NCBI GenBank assembly: GCA_051362555.1
Contig: CM120640.1
Coordinates: 31,019,967-31,083,966, forward strand
Length of the DNA stretch: 64,000 nucleotides
Direction: 5' to 3'
From: Lingula anatina
Taxonomy: Eukaryota; Animalia; Brachiopoda
Shown here: in pieces, positions 9,701 to 24,948 of the stretch
How positions within the stretch are numbered: position 1 is the stretch's first letter
How the letters are laid out: every line of letters begins with the position of its first letter
The notes under the pieces: generated by a model
The model's input: only the letters and a program-made list of their open reading frames with translations
Databases searched by the model: none
What the model was told of the DNA's origin: nothing
Position numbers and translations under genes: made by a program

Positions 9701-12700
9701 AAATTTTGTGGAATATTTCTGAAATTTGTACGAATGATGCTTAACAATAATAAAGATCTGTGATAAGCTGATCAGTTATCTGAGTCTTTTTTTTAAGTGT
9801 CAAGTGTATGGGAAATAGATCATCAGAAGAGTGAGAATTAAACAAAACAAATATTTCAATATTGCAATGTATTATTTACTCTGAAAGTAAACAGCAAATG
9901 TGATGATTTGAGGTTGTTTGTGTAAGAGGTTGCAAATTACCTATAACTGTCATCTGGAAAACAATATATACCCATACAAGAGTTCTCCTTACTACCTCTG
10001 CAAGATGCAGATTACTCCTTTCTGGAAGGGGTTGTTGTTATCACAATACTCAGCAAGGCCCTAAATCTTGCCAAATATCATGTATTGTACACATGGAGAA
10101 GACACAGTGCTGCTCTTGGTGGTATCTTTCACTGCCTGCTTTTTCAGCTTTTTCATGGTGAGGGTACTCTGAAACAAGAACAATATAACTGAAAGGACTG
10201 AAAATTACATTTGAAAAGAATGACAAATTCGGTGACTTAATTAAAATAGTTAAACGTTAATAATTTTGTCAAATCTAGTCCAATATTTCTGAAATTTGTA
10301 CAAATGATGCTTAACAACAATAAAAATCTGTGATAAGCTGATCAGTTGTCTGTGTCTAATGAAAAGTGTTTTTGGGGACAACATATTTGGGAAAATTGAA
10401 AATTACATTGAAAAGACTGGGAATTTGCAGGACTTGAAATAGTTAAACGTTAATAATTTTGTCCAATCTAGTCCAATATTTCTGAAATTTGTACAAATGA
10501 TGCTTAACAACAATAAAAATCTGTGATAAGCTGATCAGTTGTTTGTATTGAATAAAAAGTGTTTTTTGGGACAACATATTTGGGAAAACTGAAAATTACA
10601 TTGAAAAGACTGGCAAAACCCAGACCTTAAAATAGTTAAACGTTAATAATTTTGTCAAATCTTGTCCTATATTTCTGAAATCTGTACAAATGATGCTTAA
10701 CAACAATAAAAATCTGTGATAAGCTGATCAGCTGTCTGTATCTAATGAAAAGTGTTTTTTGGGGCAACATATTTGGGAAAACTGAAAATTACATTGAAAA
10801 GACTGGCAAAACCCAGGCCTTAAAATAGTTAAACGTTAATAATTTTGTTAAATTTTGTGAAATATTTCTGAAATTTGTACGAATGATGCTTAACAATAAT
10901 AAAAATCTGTGATAAGCTGATCAGTTATCTGAGTCTTTTTTTTTAAGTGTCAAGTGTATGGGAAATTGATCATCAGAAGAGTGAGAATTAAACAGAACAA
11001 ATATTTCAATATTGCAATGTATTATTTACTCTGAAAGTAAACAGAAAATGTGATGATTTGAGGTTGTTTGTGTAAGAGGTTGCAAATTACCTATAACTGT
11101 CATCTGGAAAACAATATATACCCATACAAGAGTTCTCCTTACTACCTCTGCAAGATGCAGATTACTCCTTTCTGGAAGGGGTTGTTGTTATCACAATACT
11201 CAACAAGGCCCTAAATCTTGCCAAATATCATGTATTGTACACATGGAGAAGACACAGTGCTGCTCTTGGTGGTATCTTTCACTGCCTGCTTTTTCAGCTT
11301 TTTCATGGTGAGGGTACTCTGAAACAAGAACAATATAACTGAAAGGACTGAAAATTACATTTGAAAAGAATGACAAATTCGGTGACTTAATTAAAATAGT
11401 TAAACGTTAATAATTTTGTCAAATCTAGTCCAATATTTCTGAAATTTGTACAAATGATGCTTAACAACAATAAAAATCCGTGATAAGCTGATCAGTTGTC
11501 TGTTTATAATGAAAAGTTTTTTTTAGGACAATATATTTGAGAAAACCAAAAATTACATTGAAAAGACTGGGAATTCACAGGACTTGAAATAGTTAAACGT
11601 TAATAATTTTGTCAAATCTAGTCCAATATTTCTGAAATTTGTACAAATGATGCTTAACAACAATAAAAACCTGTGATAAGCTGATCAGTTGTCTGTGTCT
11701 AATGAAAAGTGTTTTTTGGGACAACATATTTGGGAAAACTGAAAATTACATTGAAAAGACTGGCAAAACCCAGACCTTAAAATAGTTAAACGTTAATAAT
11801 TTTGTCAAATCTTGTCCTATATTTCTGAAATCTGTACAAATGATGCTTAACATCAATAAAAATCTGTGATAAGCTGATCAGCTGTCTGTATCTAATGAAA
11901 AGTGTTTTTTGGGGCAACATATTTGGGAAAACTGAAAATTACATTGAAAAGACTGGCAAAACCCAGGCCTTAAAATAGTTAAACGTTAATAATTTTGTTA
12001 AATTTTGTGAAATATTTCTGAAATTTGTACGAATGATGCTTAACAATAATAAAAATCTGTGATAAGCTGATCAGTTATCTGAGTCTTTTTTTTAAGTGTC
12101 AAGTGTATGGGAAATTGATCATCAGAAGAGTGAGAATTAAACAGAACAAATATTTCAATATTGCAATGTATTATTTACTCTGAAAGTAAACAGAAAATGT
12201 GATGATTTGAGGTTGTTTGTGTAAGAGGTTGCAAATTACCTATAACTGTCATCTGGAAAACAATATATACCCATACAAGAGTTCTCCTTACTACCTCTGC
12301 AAGATGCAGATTACTCCTTTCTGGAAGAGGTTGTTGTTATCACAATACTCAGCAAGGCCCTAAATCTTGCCAAATATCATGTATTGTACACATGGAGAAG
12401 ACACAGTGCTGCTCTTGGTGGTATCTTTCACTAACTGCTTTTTCAGCTTTTTCATGGTGAGGGTACTCTGAAACAAGAACAATATAACTGAAAGGACTGA
12501 AAATTACATTTGAAAAGAATGACAAATTCGGTGACTTAATTAAAATAGTTAAACGTTAATAATTTTGTCAAATCTAGTCCAATATTTCTAAAATTTGTAC
12601 AAATGATGCTTAACAACAATAAAAATCTGTGATAAGCTGATCAGTTGTCTGTGTCTAATGAAAAGTGTTTTTGGGGACAACATATTTGGGAAAACTGAAA

Positions 12701-15700
12701 ATTACATTGAAAAGACTGGCAAAACCCAGACCTTAAAATAGTTAAACGTTAATAATTTTGTCAAATCTTGTCCTATATTTCTGAAACTTGAACAAATGAT
12801 GCTTAACAACAATAGAAATCTATGATAAGCTGATCAGCTGTCTGTATTGAATGAAAAGTGTTTTTTGGGACATTATATTTGCGAAAACCAAAAATTACAT
12901 TGAAAAGACTGGGAATTCACAGGACTTGAAATAGTTAAATGTTAATAATTTTGTCAAATCTAGTCCAATATTTCTGAAATTTGTACAAATGATGCTTAAC
13001 AACAATAAAAATCTGTGATAAGCTGATCAGTTGTTTGTATTGAATAAAAAGTGTTTTTTGGGACAACATATTTGGGAAAACTGAAAATTACATTGAAAAG
13101 ACCAAACCAAGGCCTTAAAATAGTTAAACGTTAATAATTTTGTCAAATCTTGTCCTATATTTCTGAAATTTGTACAAATGATGCTTAACAACAATAAAAA
13201 TCTGTGATAAGCTGATCAGTTGTCCGTGTCTAATGAAAAGTGCTTTTTGGGACAACATATTTGGGAAAACTGAAAATTACATTGAAAAGACTGGCAAAAC
13301 CCAGACCTTAAAATAGTTAAACGTTAATAATTTTGTCAAATCTTGTCCTATATTTCTGAAATGTGTACAAATGATGCTTAACAACAATAAAAATCTGTGA
13401 TAAGCTGATCAGCTGTCTGTATCTAATGAAAAGTGCTTTTTGGGACAACATATTTGGGAAAACTGAAAATTACATTGAAAAGACTGGCAAAACCCAGACC
13501 TTAAAATAGTTAAACGTTAATAATTTTGTCAAATCTTGTCCTATATTTCTGAAATCTGTACAAATGATGCTTAACAACAATAAAAATCTGTGATAATCTG
13601 ATCAGCTGTCTGTATAGAATGAAAAGTGTTTTTTGGGACATTTATTTGCGAAAACCAAAAATTACATTGAAAAGACTGGGAATTCACAGGACTTGAAATA
13701 GTTAAACGTTAATAATTTTGTCAAATCTAGTCCAATATTTCTGAAATTTGTACAAATGATGCTTAACAACAATAAAAATCTGTGATAAGCTGATCAGTTG
13801 TTTGTATTGAATAAAAAGTGTTTTTTGGGACAACATATTTGGGAAAACTGAAAATTACATTGAAAAGACCAAACCAAGGCCTTAAAATAGTTAAACGTTA
13901 ATAATTTTGTCAAATCTTGTCCTATATTTCTGAAATCTGTACAAATGATGCTTAACAACAATAAAAATCTGTGATAAGCTGATCAGCTGTCTGTATCTAA
14001 TGAAAAGTGTTTTTTGGGGCAACATATTTGGGAAAACTGAAAATTACATTGAAAAGACTGGGAATTCACAGGACTTGAAATAGTTAAATGTTAATAATTT
14101 TGTCAAATCTAGTCCAATATTTCTGAAATTTGTACAAATGATGCTTAACAACAATAAAAATCTGTGATAAGCTGATCAATTGTTTGTATTGAATGAAAAG
14201 TGTTTTTTGGGACAACATATTTGGGAAAAATGAAAATTACATTGAAAAGACCAAACCAAGGCCTTAAAATAGTTAAACGTTAATAATTTTGTCAAATCTT
14301 GTCCTATATTTCTGAAATTTGTACAAATGATGCTTAACAAAAAATAAAAATCTGTGATAAGCTGATCAGTTGTCCGTGTCTAATGAAGTGTTTTTTTGGG
14401 ACAACATATTTGGGAAAACTGAAAATTACATAGAAAAGACTGGCAAAACCCAGACCTTAAAATAGTTAAACGTTAATAATTTTGTTAAATTTTGTGGAAT
14501 ATTTCTGAAATTTGTATGAATGATGCTTAACAATAATGAAAATCTGTGATAAGCTGATCAGTTATCTGAGTCTTTTTTTTAAGTGTCAAGTGTATGGGAA
14601 ATAGATCATCAGAAGAGTGAGAATTAAACAGAACAAATATTTCAATATTGCAATGTATTATTTACTCTGAAAGTAAACAGAAAATGTGATGATTTGAAGT
14701 TGTTTGTGTAAGAGGTTGCAAATTACCTATAATTGTCATCTGGAAAACAATATATACCCATACAAGAGTTCTCCTAACTACCTCTGCAAGATGCAGATTA
14801 CTCCTTTCTGGAAGCGGTTGTTGTTATCACAATACTCAACAAGGCCCTAAATCTTGCCAAATATCATGTATTGTACACATGGAGAAGACACAGTGCTGCT
14901 CTTGGTGGTCTCTTTCACTAACTGCTTTTTCAGCTTTTTCATGGTGAGGGTACTCTGAAACAAGAACAATATAACTGAAAGGACTGAAAATTACATTTGA
15001 AAAGAATGACAAATTCGGTGACTTAATTAAAATAGTTAAACGTTAATAATTTTTGTCAAATCTAGTCCAATATTTCTGAAATTTGTACAAATGATGCTTA
15101 ACAACAATAAAATCCGTGATAAGCTGATCAGCTGTCTGTATCGAATGAAAAGTGTTTTTTGGGACATTATATTTGCGAAAACCAAAAATTACATTGAAAA
15201 GACTGGGAATTCACAGGACTTGAAATAGTTAAATGTTAATAATTTTGTCAAATCTAGTCCAATATTTCTGAAATTTGTACAAATGATGCTTAACAACAAT
15301 AAAAATCTGTGATAAGCTGATCAGTTGTTTGTATTGAATGAAAAGTGTTTTTTGGGACAACATATTTGGGAAAACTGAAAGTTACATTGAAAAGACCAAA
15401 CCAAGGCCTTAAAATAGTTAAACATTAATAATTTTGTCAAATCTTGTCCTATATTTCTGAAATTTGTACAAATGATGCTTAACAATAATAAAAATCTGTG
15501 ATAAGCTGATCAGTTGTTCGTGTTTAATGAAGTGTTTTTTTGGGAAAACATATTTGGGAAAACTGAAAATTACATAGAAAAGACTGGCAAAACCCAGACC
15601 TTAAAATAGTTAAACGTTAATAATTTTTTCAAATTTTGTGCAATATTTCTGAAATTTGTACAAATGATGCTTAACAATAATAAAAATCTGTGATAAGCTG

Positions 15701-18700
15701 ATCAGTTATCTGAGTCTTTTTTTTAAGTGTCAAGTGTATGGGAAATTGATCATCAGAAGAGTGAGAATTAAACAAAACAAATATTTCAATATTGCAATGT
15801 ATTATTTACTCTGAAAGTAAACAGCAAATGTGATGATTTGAGGTTGTTTGTGTAAAATAGGCCTTAAAATAGTTAAACATTAATAATTTAATAATAATTT
15901 GTGTAAGAGGTTGCAAATTACCTATAACTGTCATCTGGAAAACAATATATACCCATACAATTGTTCTCCTTACTACCTCTGCAAGATGCAGATTACTCCT
16001 TTCTGGAAGGGGTTGTTGTTATCACAATACTCAACAAGGCCCTAAATCTTGCCAAATATCATGTATTGTACACATGGAGAAGACACAGTGCTGCTCTTGG
16101 TGGTATCTTTCACTAACTGATTTTTCAGCTTTTTCATGGTGAGGGTACTCTGAAACAAGAACAATATAACTGAAAGGACTGAAAATTACATTTGAAAAGA
16201 ATGACAAATTCGGTGACTTAATTAAAATAGTTAAACGTTAATAATTTTGTCAAATCTTGTCCAATATTTCTGAAATTTGTACAAATGATGCTTAACAACA
16301 ATAAAAATCTGTGATAAGCTGATCAGTTGTCTGTGTCTAATGAAAAGTGTTTTTGGGGACAACATATTTGGGAAAACTGAAAATTACATTGAAAAGACTG
16401 GGAATTTGCAGGACTTGAAATAGTTAAACGTTAATAATTTTGTCTAATCTTGTCCAATATTTCTGAAATTTGTACAAATGATGCTTAACAACAATAAAAA
16501 CCTGTGATAAGCTGATCAGTTTCTGTGTCTAATGAAAAGTGTTTTTTGGGACAACATATTTGGGAAAACTGAAAATTACATTGAAAAGACTGGCAAATCC
16601 CAGGCCTTAAAATAGTTAAACATTAATAATTTTGTCAAATCTAGTCCAGTATTTCTGAAATTTGCACAAATGATGCTTAACAACAATAAAAACCTGTGAT
16701 AAGCTGATCAGTTATCTGTGTCTAATGAAAAGTGCTTTTTGGGACAACATATTTGAGAAAACTGAAAATTACATTGAAAAGACTGGTAAAACCTAGACCT
16801 TAAAATAGTTAAACGTTAATAATTTTGTTAAATTTTGTGGAATATTTCTGAAATTTGTACGAATGATGCTTAACAATAATAAAAATCTGTGATAAGCTGA
16901 TCAGTTATCTGAGTCTTTTTTTTAAGTGTCAAGTGTATGGGAAATTGATCATCAGAAGAGTGAGAATTAAACAAAACAAATATTTCAATATTGCAATGTA
17001 TTATTTACTCTGAAAGTAAACAGAAAATGTGATGATTTGAGGTTGTTTGTGTAAGAAGTTGCAAATTACCTATAACTGTCATCTGGAAAACAATATATAC
17101 CCATACAAGAGTTCTCCTTACTACCTCTGCAAGATGCAGATTACTACTTTCTGGAAGGGGTTGTTGTTATCACAATACTCAGCAAGGCCCTAAATCTTGC
17201 CAAATATCATGTATTGTACACATGGAGAAGACACAGTGCTGCTCTTGGTGGTATCTTTCACTGCCTGCTTTTTCAGCTTTTTCATGGTGAGGGTACTCTG
17301 AAACAAGAACAATATAACTGAAAGGACTGAAAATTACATTTGAAAAGAATGACAAATTCGGTGACTTAATTAAAATAGTTAAACGTTAATAATTTTGTCA
17401 AATCTTGTCCTATATTTCTGAAATTTGTACAAATGATGCTTAACAACAATAAAAATCCGTGATAAGCTGATCAGTTGTCTGTTTATAATGAAAAGTTTTT
17501 TTTAGGACAATATATTTGAGAAAACCAAAAATTACATTGAAAAGACTGGGAATTCACAGGACTTGAAATAGTTAAACGTTAATAATTTTGTCAAATCTTG
17601 TCCTATATTTCTGAAATTTGTACAAATGATGCTTAACAACAATAAAAATCCATGATAAGCTGATCAGTTGTCTGTGTATAATGAAAAGTGTTTTTTGGGA
17701 CATTATATTTGCGAAAACCAAAAATTACATTGAAAAGACTGGGAATTCACAGGACTTGAAATAGTTAAATGTTAATAATTTTGTCAAATCTAGTCCAATA
17801 TTTCTGAAATTTGTACAAATGATGCTTAACAACAATAAAAATCTGTGATAAGCTGATCAGTTGTTTGTATTGAATAAAAAGTGTTTTTTGGGACAACATA
17901 TTTGGGAAAACTGAAAATTACATTGAAAAGACCAAACCAAGGCCTTAAAATAGTTAAACGTTAATAATTTTGTCAAATCTTGTCCTATATTTCTGAAATT
18001 TGTACAAATGATGCTTAACAACAATAAAAATCTGTGATAAGCTGATCAGCTGTCTGTATCTAATGAAAAGTGCTTTTTGGGACAACATATTTGGGAAAAC
18101 TGAAAATTACATTGAAAAGACTGGCAAAACCCAGACCTTAAAATAGTTAAACGTTAATAATTTTGTCAAATCTTGTCCTATATTTCTGAAATCTGTACAA
18201 ATGATGCTTAACAACAATAAAAATCTGTGATAAGCTGATCAGTTATCTGTGTCTAATGAAAAGTGCTTTTTGGGACAACATATTTGGGAAAACTGAAAAT
18301 TACATTGAAAAGACTGGCAAAACCCAGACCTTAAAATAGTTAAACGTTAATAATTTTGTCAAATCTTGTCCTATATTTCTGAAATCTGTACAAATGATGC
18401 TTAACAATAATAAAAATCTGTGATAAGCTGATCAGCTGTCTGTATCTAATGAAAAGTGTTTTTTGGGGCAACATATTTGGGAAAACTGAAAATTACATTG
18501 AAAAGACTGGGAATTCACAGGACTTGAAATAGTTAAATGTTAATAATTTTGTCAAATCTAGTCCAATATTTCTGAAATTTGTACAAATGATGCTTAACAA
18601 CAATAAAAATCTGTGATAAGCTGATCAATTGTTTGTATTGAATGAAAAGTGTTTTTTGGGACAACATATTTGGGAAAAATGAAAATTAAATTGAAAAGAC

Positions 18701-21700
18701 CAAACCAAGGCCTTAAAATAGTTAAACGTTAATAATTTTGTCAAATCTTGTCCTATATTTCTGAAATTTGTACAAATGATGCTTAACAAAAAATAAAAAT
18801 CTGTGATAAGCTGATCAGTTGTCCGTGTCTAATGAAGTGTTTTTTTGGGACAACATATTTGGGAAAACTGAAAATTACATAGAAAAGACTGGCAAAACCC
18901 AGACCTTAAAATAGTTAAACGTTAATAATTTTGTTAAATTTTGTGGAATATTTCTGAAATTTGTACGAATGATGCTTAACAATAATAAAGATCTGTGATA
19001 AGCTGATCAGTTATCTGAGTCTTTTTTTTTAAGTGTCAAGTGTATGGGAAATAGATCATCAGAAGAGTGAGAATTAAACAGAACAAATATTTCAATATTG
19101 CAATGTATTATTTACTCTGAAAGTAAACAGAAAATGTGATGATTTGAAGTTGTTTGTGTAAGAGGTTGCAAATTACCTATAACTGTCATCTGGAAAACAA
19201 TATATACCCATACAAGAGTTCTCCTTACTACCTCTGCAAGATGCAGATTACTCCTTTCTGGAAGCGGTTGTTGTTATCACAATACTCAACAAGGCCCTAA
19301 ATCTTGCCAAATATCATGTATTGTACACATGGAGAAGACACAGTGCTGCTCTTGGTGGTATCTTTCACTAACTGCTTTTTCAGCTTTTTCATGGTGAGGG
19401 TACTCTGAAACAAGAACAATATAACTGAAAGGACTGAAAATTACATTTGAAAAGAATGACAAATTCGGTGACTTAATTAAAATAGTTAAACGTTAATAAT
19501 TTTGTCAAATCTTGTCCAATATTTCTGAAATTTGTACAAATGATGCTTAACAACAATAAAAATCTGTGATAAGCTGATCAGTTGTCTGTGTCTAATGAAA
19601 AGTGTTTTTGGGGACAACATATTTGGGAAAATTGAAAATTACATTGAAAAGACTGGGAATTTGCAGGACTTGAAATAGTTAAACGTTAATAATTTTGTCC
19701 AATCTAGTCCAATATTTCTGAAATTTGTACAAATGATGCTTAACAACAATAAAAATCTGTGATAAGCTGATCAGTTGTTTGTATTGAATAAAAAGTGTTT
19801 TTTGGGACAACATATTTGGGAAAACTGAAAATTACATTGAAAAGACTGGCAAAACCCAGACCTTAAAATAGTTAAACGTTAATAATTTTGTCAAATCTTG
19901 TCCTATATTTCTGAAATCTGTACAAATGATGCTTAACAACAATAAAAATCTGTGATAAGCTGATCAGCTGTCTGTATCTAATGAAAAGTGTTTTTTGGGG
20001 CAACATATTTGGGAAAACTGAAAATTACATTGAAAAGACTGGCAAAACCCAGGCCTTAAAATAGTTAAACGTTAATAATTTTGTTAAATTTTGTGAAATA
20101 TTTCTGAAATTTGTACGAATGATGCTTAACAATAATAAAAATCTGTGATAAGCTGATCAGTTATCTGAGTCTTTTTTTTTAAGTGTCAAGTGTATGGGAA
20201 ATTGATCATCAGAAGAGTGAGAATTAAACAGAACAAATATTTCAATATTGCAATGTATTATTTACTCTGAAAGTAAACAGAAAATGTGATGATTTGAGGT
20301 TGTTTGTGTAAGAGGTTGCAAATTACCTATAACTGTCATCTGGAAAACAATATATACCCATACAAGAGTTCTCCTTACTACCTCTGCAAGATGCAGATTA
20401 CTCCTTTCTGGAAGGGGTTGTTGTTATCACAATACTCAACAAGGCCCTAAATCTTGCCAAATATCATGTATTGTACACATGGAGAAGACACAGTGCTGCT
20501 CTTGGTGGTATCTTTCACTGCCTGCTTTTTCAGCTTTTTCATGGTGAGGGTACTCTGAAACAAGAACAATATAACTGAAAGGACTGAAAATTACATTTAA
20601 AAAGAATGACAAATTCGGTGACTTAATTAAAATAGTTAAACGTTAATAATTTTGTCAAATCTAGTCCAATATTTCTGAAATTTGTACAAATGATGCTTAA
20701 CAACAATAAAAATCCGTGATATGCTGATCAGTTGTCTGTTTATAATGAAAAGTTTTTTTTAGGACAATATATTTGAGAAAACCAAAAATTACATTGAAAA
20801 GACTGGGAATTCACAGGACTTGAAATAGTTAAACGTTAATAATTTTGTCCAATCTAGTCCAATATTTCTGAAATTTGTACAAATGATGCTTAACAACAAT
20901 AAAAACCTGTGATAAGCTGATCAGTTGTCTGTGTCTAATGAAAAGTGTTTTTTGGGACAACATATTTGGGAAAACTGAAAATTACATTGAAAAGACTGGC
21001 AAAACCCAGACCTTAAAATAGTTAAACGTTAATAATTTTGTCAAATCTTGTCCTATATTTCTGAAATCTGTACAAATGATGCTTAACAACAATAAAAATC
21101 TGTGATAAGCTGATCAGCTGTCTGTATCTAATGAAAAGTGTTTTTTGGGGCAACATATTTGGGAAAACTGAAAATTACATTGAAAAGACTGGCAAAACCC
21201 AGGCCTTAAAATAGTTAAACGTTAATAATTTTGTTAAATTTTGTGAAATATTTCTGAAATTTGTACGAATGATGCTTAACAATAATAAAAATCTGTGATA
21301 AGCTGATCAGTTATCTGAGTCTTTTTTTTAAGTGTCAAGTGTATGGGAAATTGATCATCAGAAGAGTGAGAATTAAACAGAACAAATATTTCAATATTGC
21401 AATGTATTATTTACTCTGAAAGTAAACAGAAAATGTGATGATTTGAGGTTGTTTGTGTAAGAGGTTGCAAATTACCTATAACTGTCATCTGGAAAACATA
21501 TACCCATACAAGAGTTCTCCTTACTACCTCTGCAAGATGCAGATTACTCCTTTCTGGAAGAGGTTGTTGTTATCACAATACTCAGCAAGGCCCTAAATCT
21601 TGCCAAATATCATGTATTGTACACATGGAGAAGACACAGTGCTGCTCTTGGTGGTATCTTTCACTAACTGCTTTTTCAGCTTTTTCATGGTGAGGGTACT

Positions 21701-22123
21701 CTGAAACAAGAACAATATAACTGAAAGGACTGAAAATTACATTTGAAAAGAATGACAAATTCGGTGACTTAATTAAAATAGTTAAACGTTAATAATTTTG
21801 TCAAATCTAGTCCAATATTTCTAAAATTTGTACAAATGATGCTTAACAACAATAAAAATCTGTGATAAGCTGATCAGTTGTCTGTGTCTAATGAAAAGTG
21901 TTTTTGGGGACAACATATTTGGGAAAACTGAAAATTACATTGAAAAGACTGGCAAAACCCAGACCTTAAAATAGTTAAACGTTAATAATTTTGTCAAATC
22001 TTGTCCTATATTTCTGAAACTTGAACAAATGATGCTTAACAACAATAGAAATCTATGATAAGCTGATCAGCTGTCTGTATTGAATGAAAAGTGTTTTTTG
22101 GGACATTATATTTGCGAAAACCA

Positions 22124-24948
22124 AAAATTACATTGAAAAGACTGGGAATTCACAGGACTTGAAATAGTTAAATGTTAATAATTTTGTCAAATCTAGTCCA
22201 ATATTTCTGAAATTTGTACAAATGATGCTTAACAACAATAAAAATCTGTGATAAGCTGATCAGTTGTTTGTATTGAATAAAAAGTGTTTTTTGGGACAAC
22301 ATATTTGGGAAAACTGAAAATTACATTGAAAAGACCAAACCAAGGCCTTAAAATAGTTAAACGTTAATAATTTTGTCAAATCTTGTCCTATATTTCTGAA
22401 ATTTGTACAAATGATGCTTAACAACAATAAAAATCTGTGATAAGCTGATCAGTTGTCCGTGTCTAATGAAAAGTGCTTTTTGGGACAACATATTTGGGAA
22501 AACTGAAAATTACATTGAAAAGACTGGCAAAACCCAGACCTTAAAATAGTTAAACGTTAATAATTTTGTCAAATCTTGTCCTATATTTCTGAAATGTGTA
22601 CAAATGATGCTTAACAACAATAAAAATCTGTGATAAGCTGATCAGCTGTCTGTATAGAATGAAAAGTGTTTTTTGGGACATTATATTTGCGAAAACCAAA
22701 AATTACATTGAAAAGACTGGGAATTCACAGGACTTGAAATAGTTAAACGTTAATAATTTTGTCAAATCTAGTCCAATATTTCTGAAATTTGTACAAATGA
22801 TGCTTAACAACAATAAAAATCTGTGATAAGCTGATCAGTTGTTTGTATTGAATAAAAAGTGTTTTTTGGGACAACATATTTGGGAAAACTGAAAATTACA
22901 TTGAAAAGACCAAACCAAGGCCTTAAAATAGTTAAACGTTAATAATTTTGTCAAATCTTGTCCTATATTTCTGAAATTTGTACAAATGATGCTTAACAAC
23001 AATAAAAATCTGTGATAAGCTGATCAGTTGTCTGTGTCTAATGAAAAGTGCTTTTTGGGACAACATATTTGGGAAACCTGAAAATTACATTGAAAAGACT
23101 GGAAAAACCCAGACCTTAAAATAGTTAAACGTTAATAATTTTGTCAAATCTTGTCCTATATTTCTGAAATCTGTACAAATGATGCTTAACAACAATAAAA
23201 ATCTGTGATAAGCTGATCAGCTGTCTGTATCTAATGAAAAGTGCTTTTTGGGACAACATATTTGGGAAAACTGAAAATTACATTGAAAAGACTGGCAAAA
23301 CCCAGACCTTAAAATAGTTAAACGTTAATAATTTTGTCAAATCTTGTCCTATATTTCTGAAATCTGTACAAATGATGCTTAACAACAATAAAAATCTGTG
23401 ATAAGCTGATCAGCTGTCTGTATCTAATGAAAAGTGTTTTTTGGGGCAACATATTTGGGAAAACTGAAAATTACATTGAAAAGACTGGGAATTCACAGGA
23501 CTTGAAATAGTTAAATGTTAATAATTTTGTCAAATCTAGTCCAATATTTCTGAAATTTGTACAAATGATGCTTAACAACAATAAAAATCTGTGATAAGCT
23601 GATCAGTTGTTTGTATTGAATAAAAAGTGTTTTTTGGGACAACATATTTGGGAAAACTGAAAATTACATTGAAAAGACCAAACCAAGGCCTTAAAATAGT
23701 TAAACGTTAATAATTTTGTCAAATCTTGTCCTATATTTCTGAAATTTGTACAAATGATGCTTAACAACAATAAAAATCTGTGATAAGCTGATCAGTTGTC
23801 CGTGTCTAATGAAAAGTGCTTTTTGGGACAACATATTTGGGAAAACTGAAAATTACATTGAAAAGACTGGCAAAACCCAGACCTTAAAATAGTTAAACGT
23901 TAATAATTTTGTCAAATCTTGTCCTATATTTCTGAAATGTGTACAAATGATGCTTAACAACAATAAAAATCTGTGATAAGCTGATCAGCTGTCTGTATAG
24001 AATGAAAAGTGTTTTTTGGGACATTATATTTGCGAAAACCAAAAATTACATTGAAAAGACTGGGAATTCACAGGACTTGAAATAGTTAAACGTTAATAAT
24101 TTTGTCAAATCTAGTCCAATATTTCTGAAATTTGTACAAATGATGCTTAACAACAATAAAAATCTGTGATAAGCTGATCAGTTGTTTGTATTGAATAAAA
24201 AGTGTTTTTTGGGACAACATATTTGGGAAAACTGAAAATTACATTGAAAAGACCAAACCAAGGCCTTAAAATAGTTAAACGTTAATAATTTTGTCAAATC
24301 TTGTCCTATATTTCTGAAATTTGTACAAATGATGCTTAACAACAATAAAAATCTGTGATAAGCTGATCAGTTGTCTGTGTCTAATGAAAAGTGCTTTTTG
24401 GGACAACATATTTGGGAAACCTGAAAATTACATTGAAAAGACTGGCAAAACCCAGACCTTAAAATAGTTAAACGTTAATAATTTTGTCAAATCTTGTCCT
24501 ATATTTCTGAAATCTGTACAAATGATGCTTAACAACAATAAAAATCTGTGATAAGCTGATCAGCTGTCTGTATCTAATGAAAAGTGCTTTTTGGGACAAC
24601 ATATTTGGGAAAACTGAAAATTACATTGAAAAGACTGGCAAAACCCAGACCTTAAAATAGTTAAACGTTAATAATTTTGTCAAATCTTGTCCTATATTTC
24701 TGAAATCTGTACAAATGATGCTTAACAACAATAAAAATCTGTGATAAGCTGATCAGCTGTCTGTATCTAATGAAAAGTGTTTTTTGGGGCAACATATTTG
24801 GGAAAACTGAAAATTACATTGAAAAGACTGGGAATTCACAGGACTTGAAATAGTTAAATGTTAATAATTTTGTCAAATCTAGTCCAATATTTCTGAAATT
24901 TGTACAAATGATGCTTAACAACAATAAAAATCTGTGATAAGCTGATCA
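22124..24948 (+). repeat. 7-monomer higher-order repeat, 1343 bp, two tandem copies
   Basis: gaaatgtg 22591/23934 and gggaaacctg 23071/24414. 5x193 + 2x189 = 1343. Confidence 0.92.
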
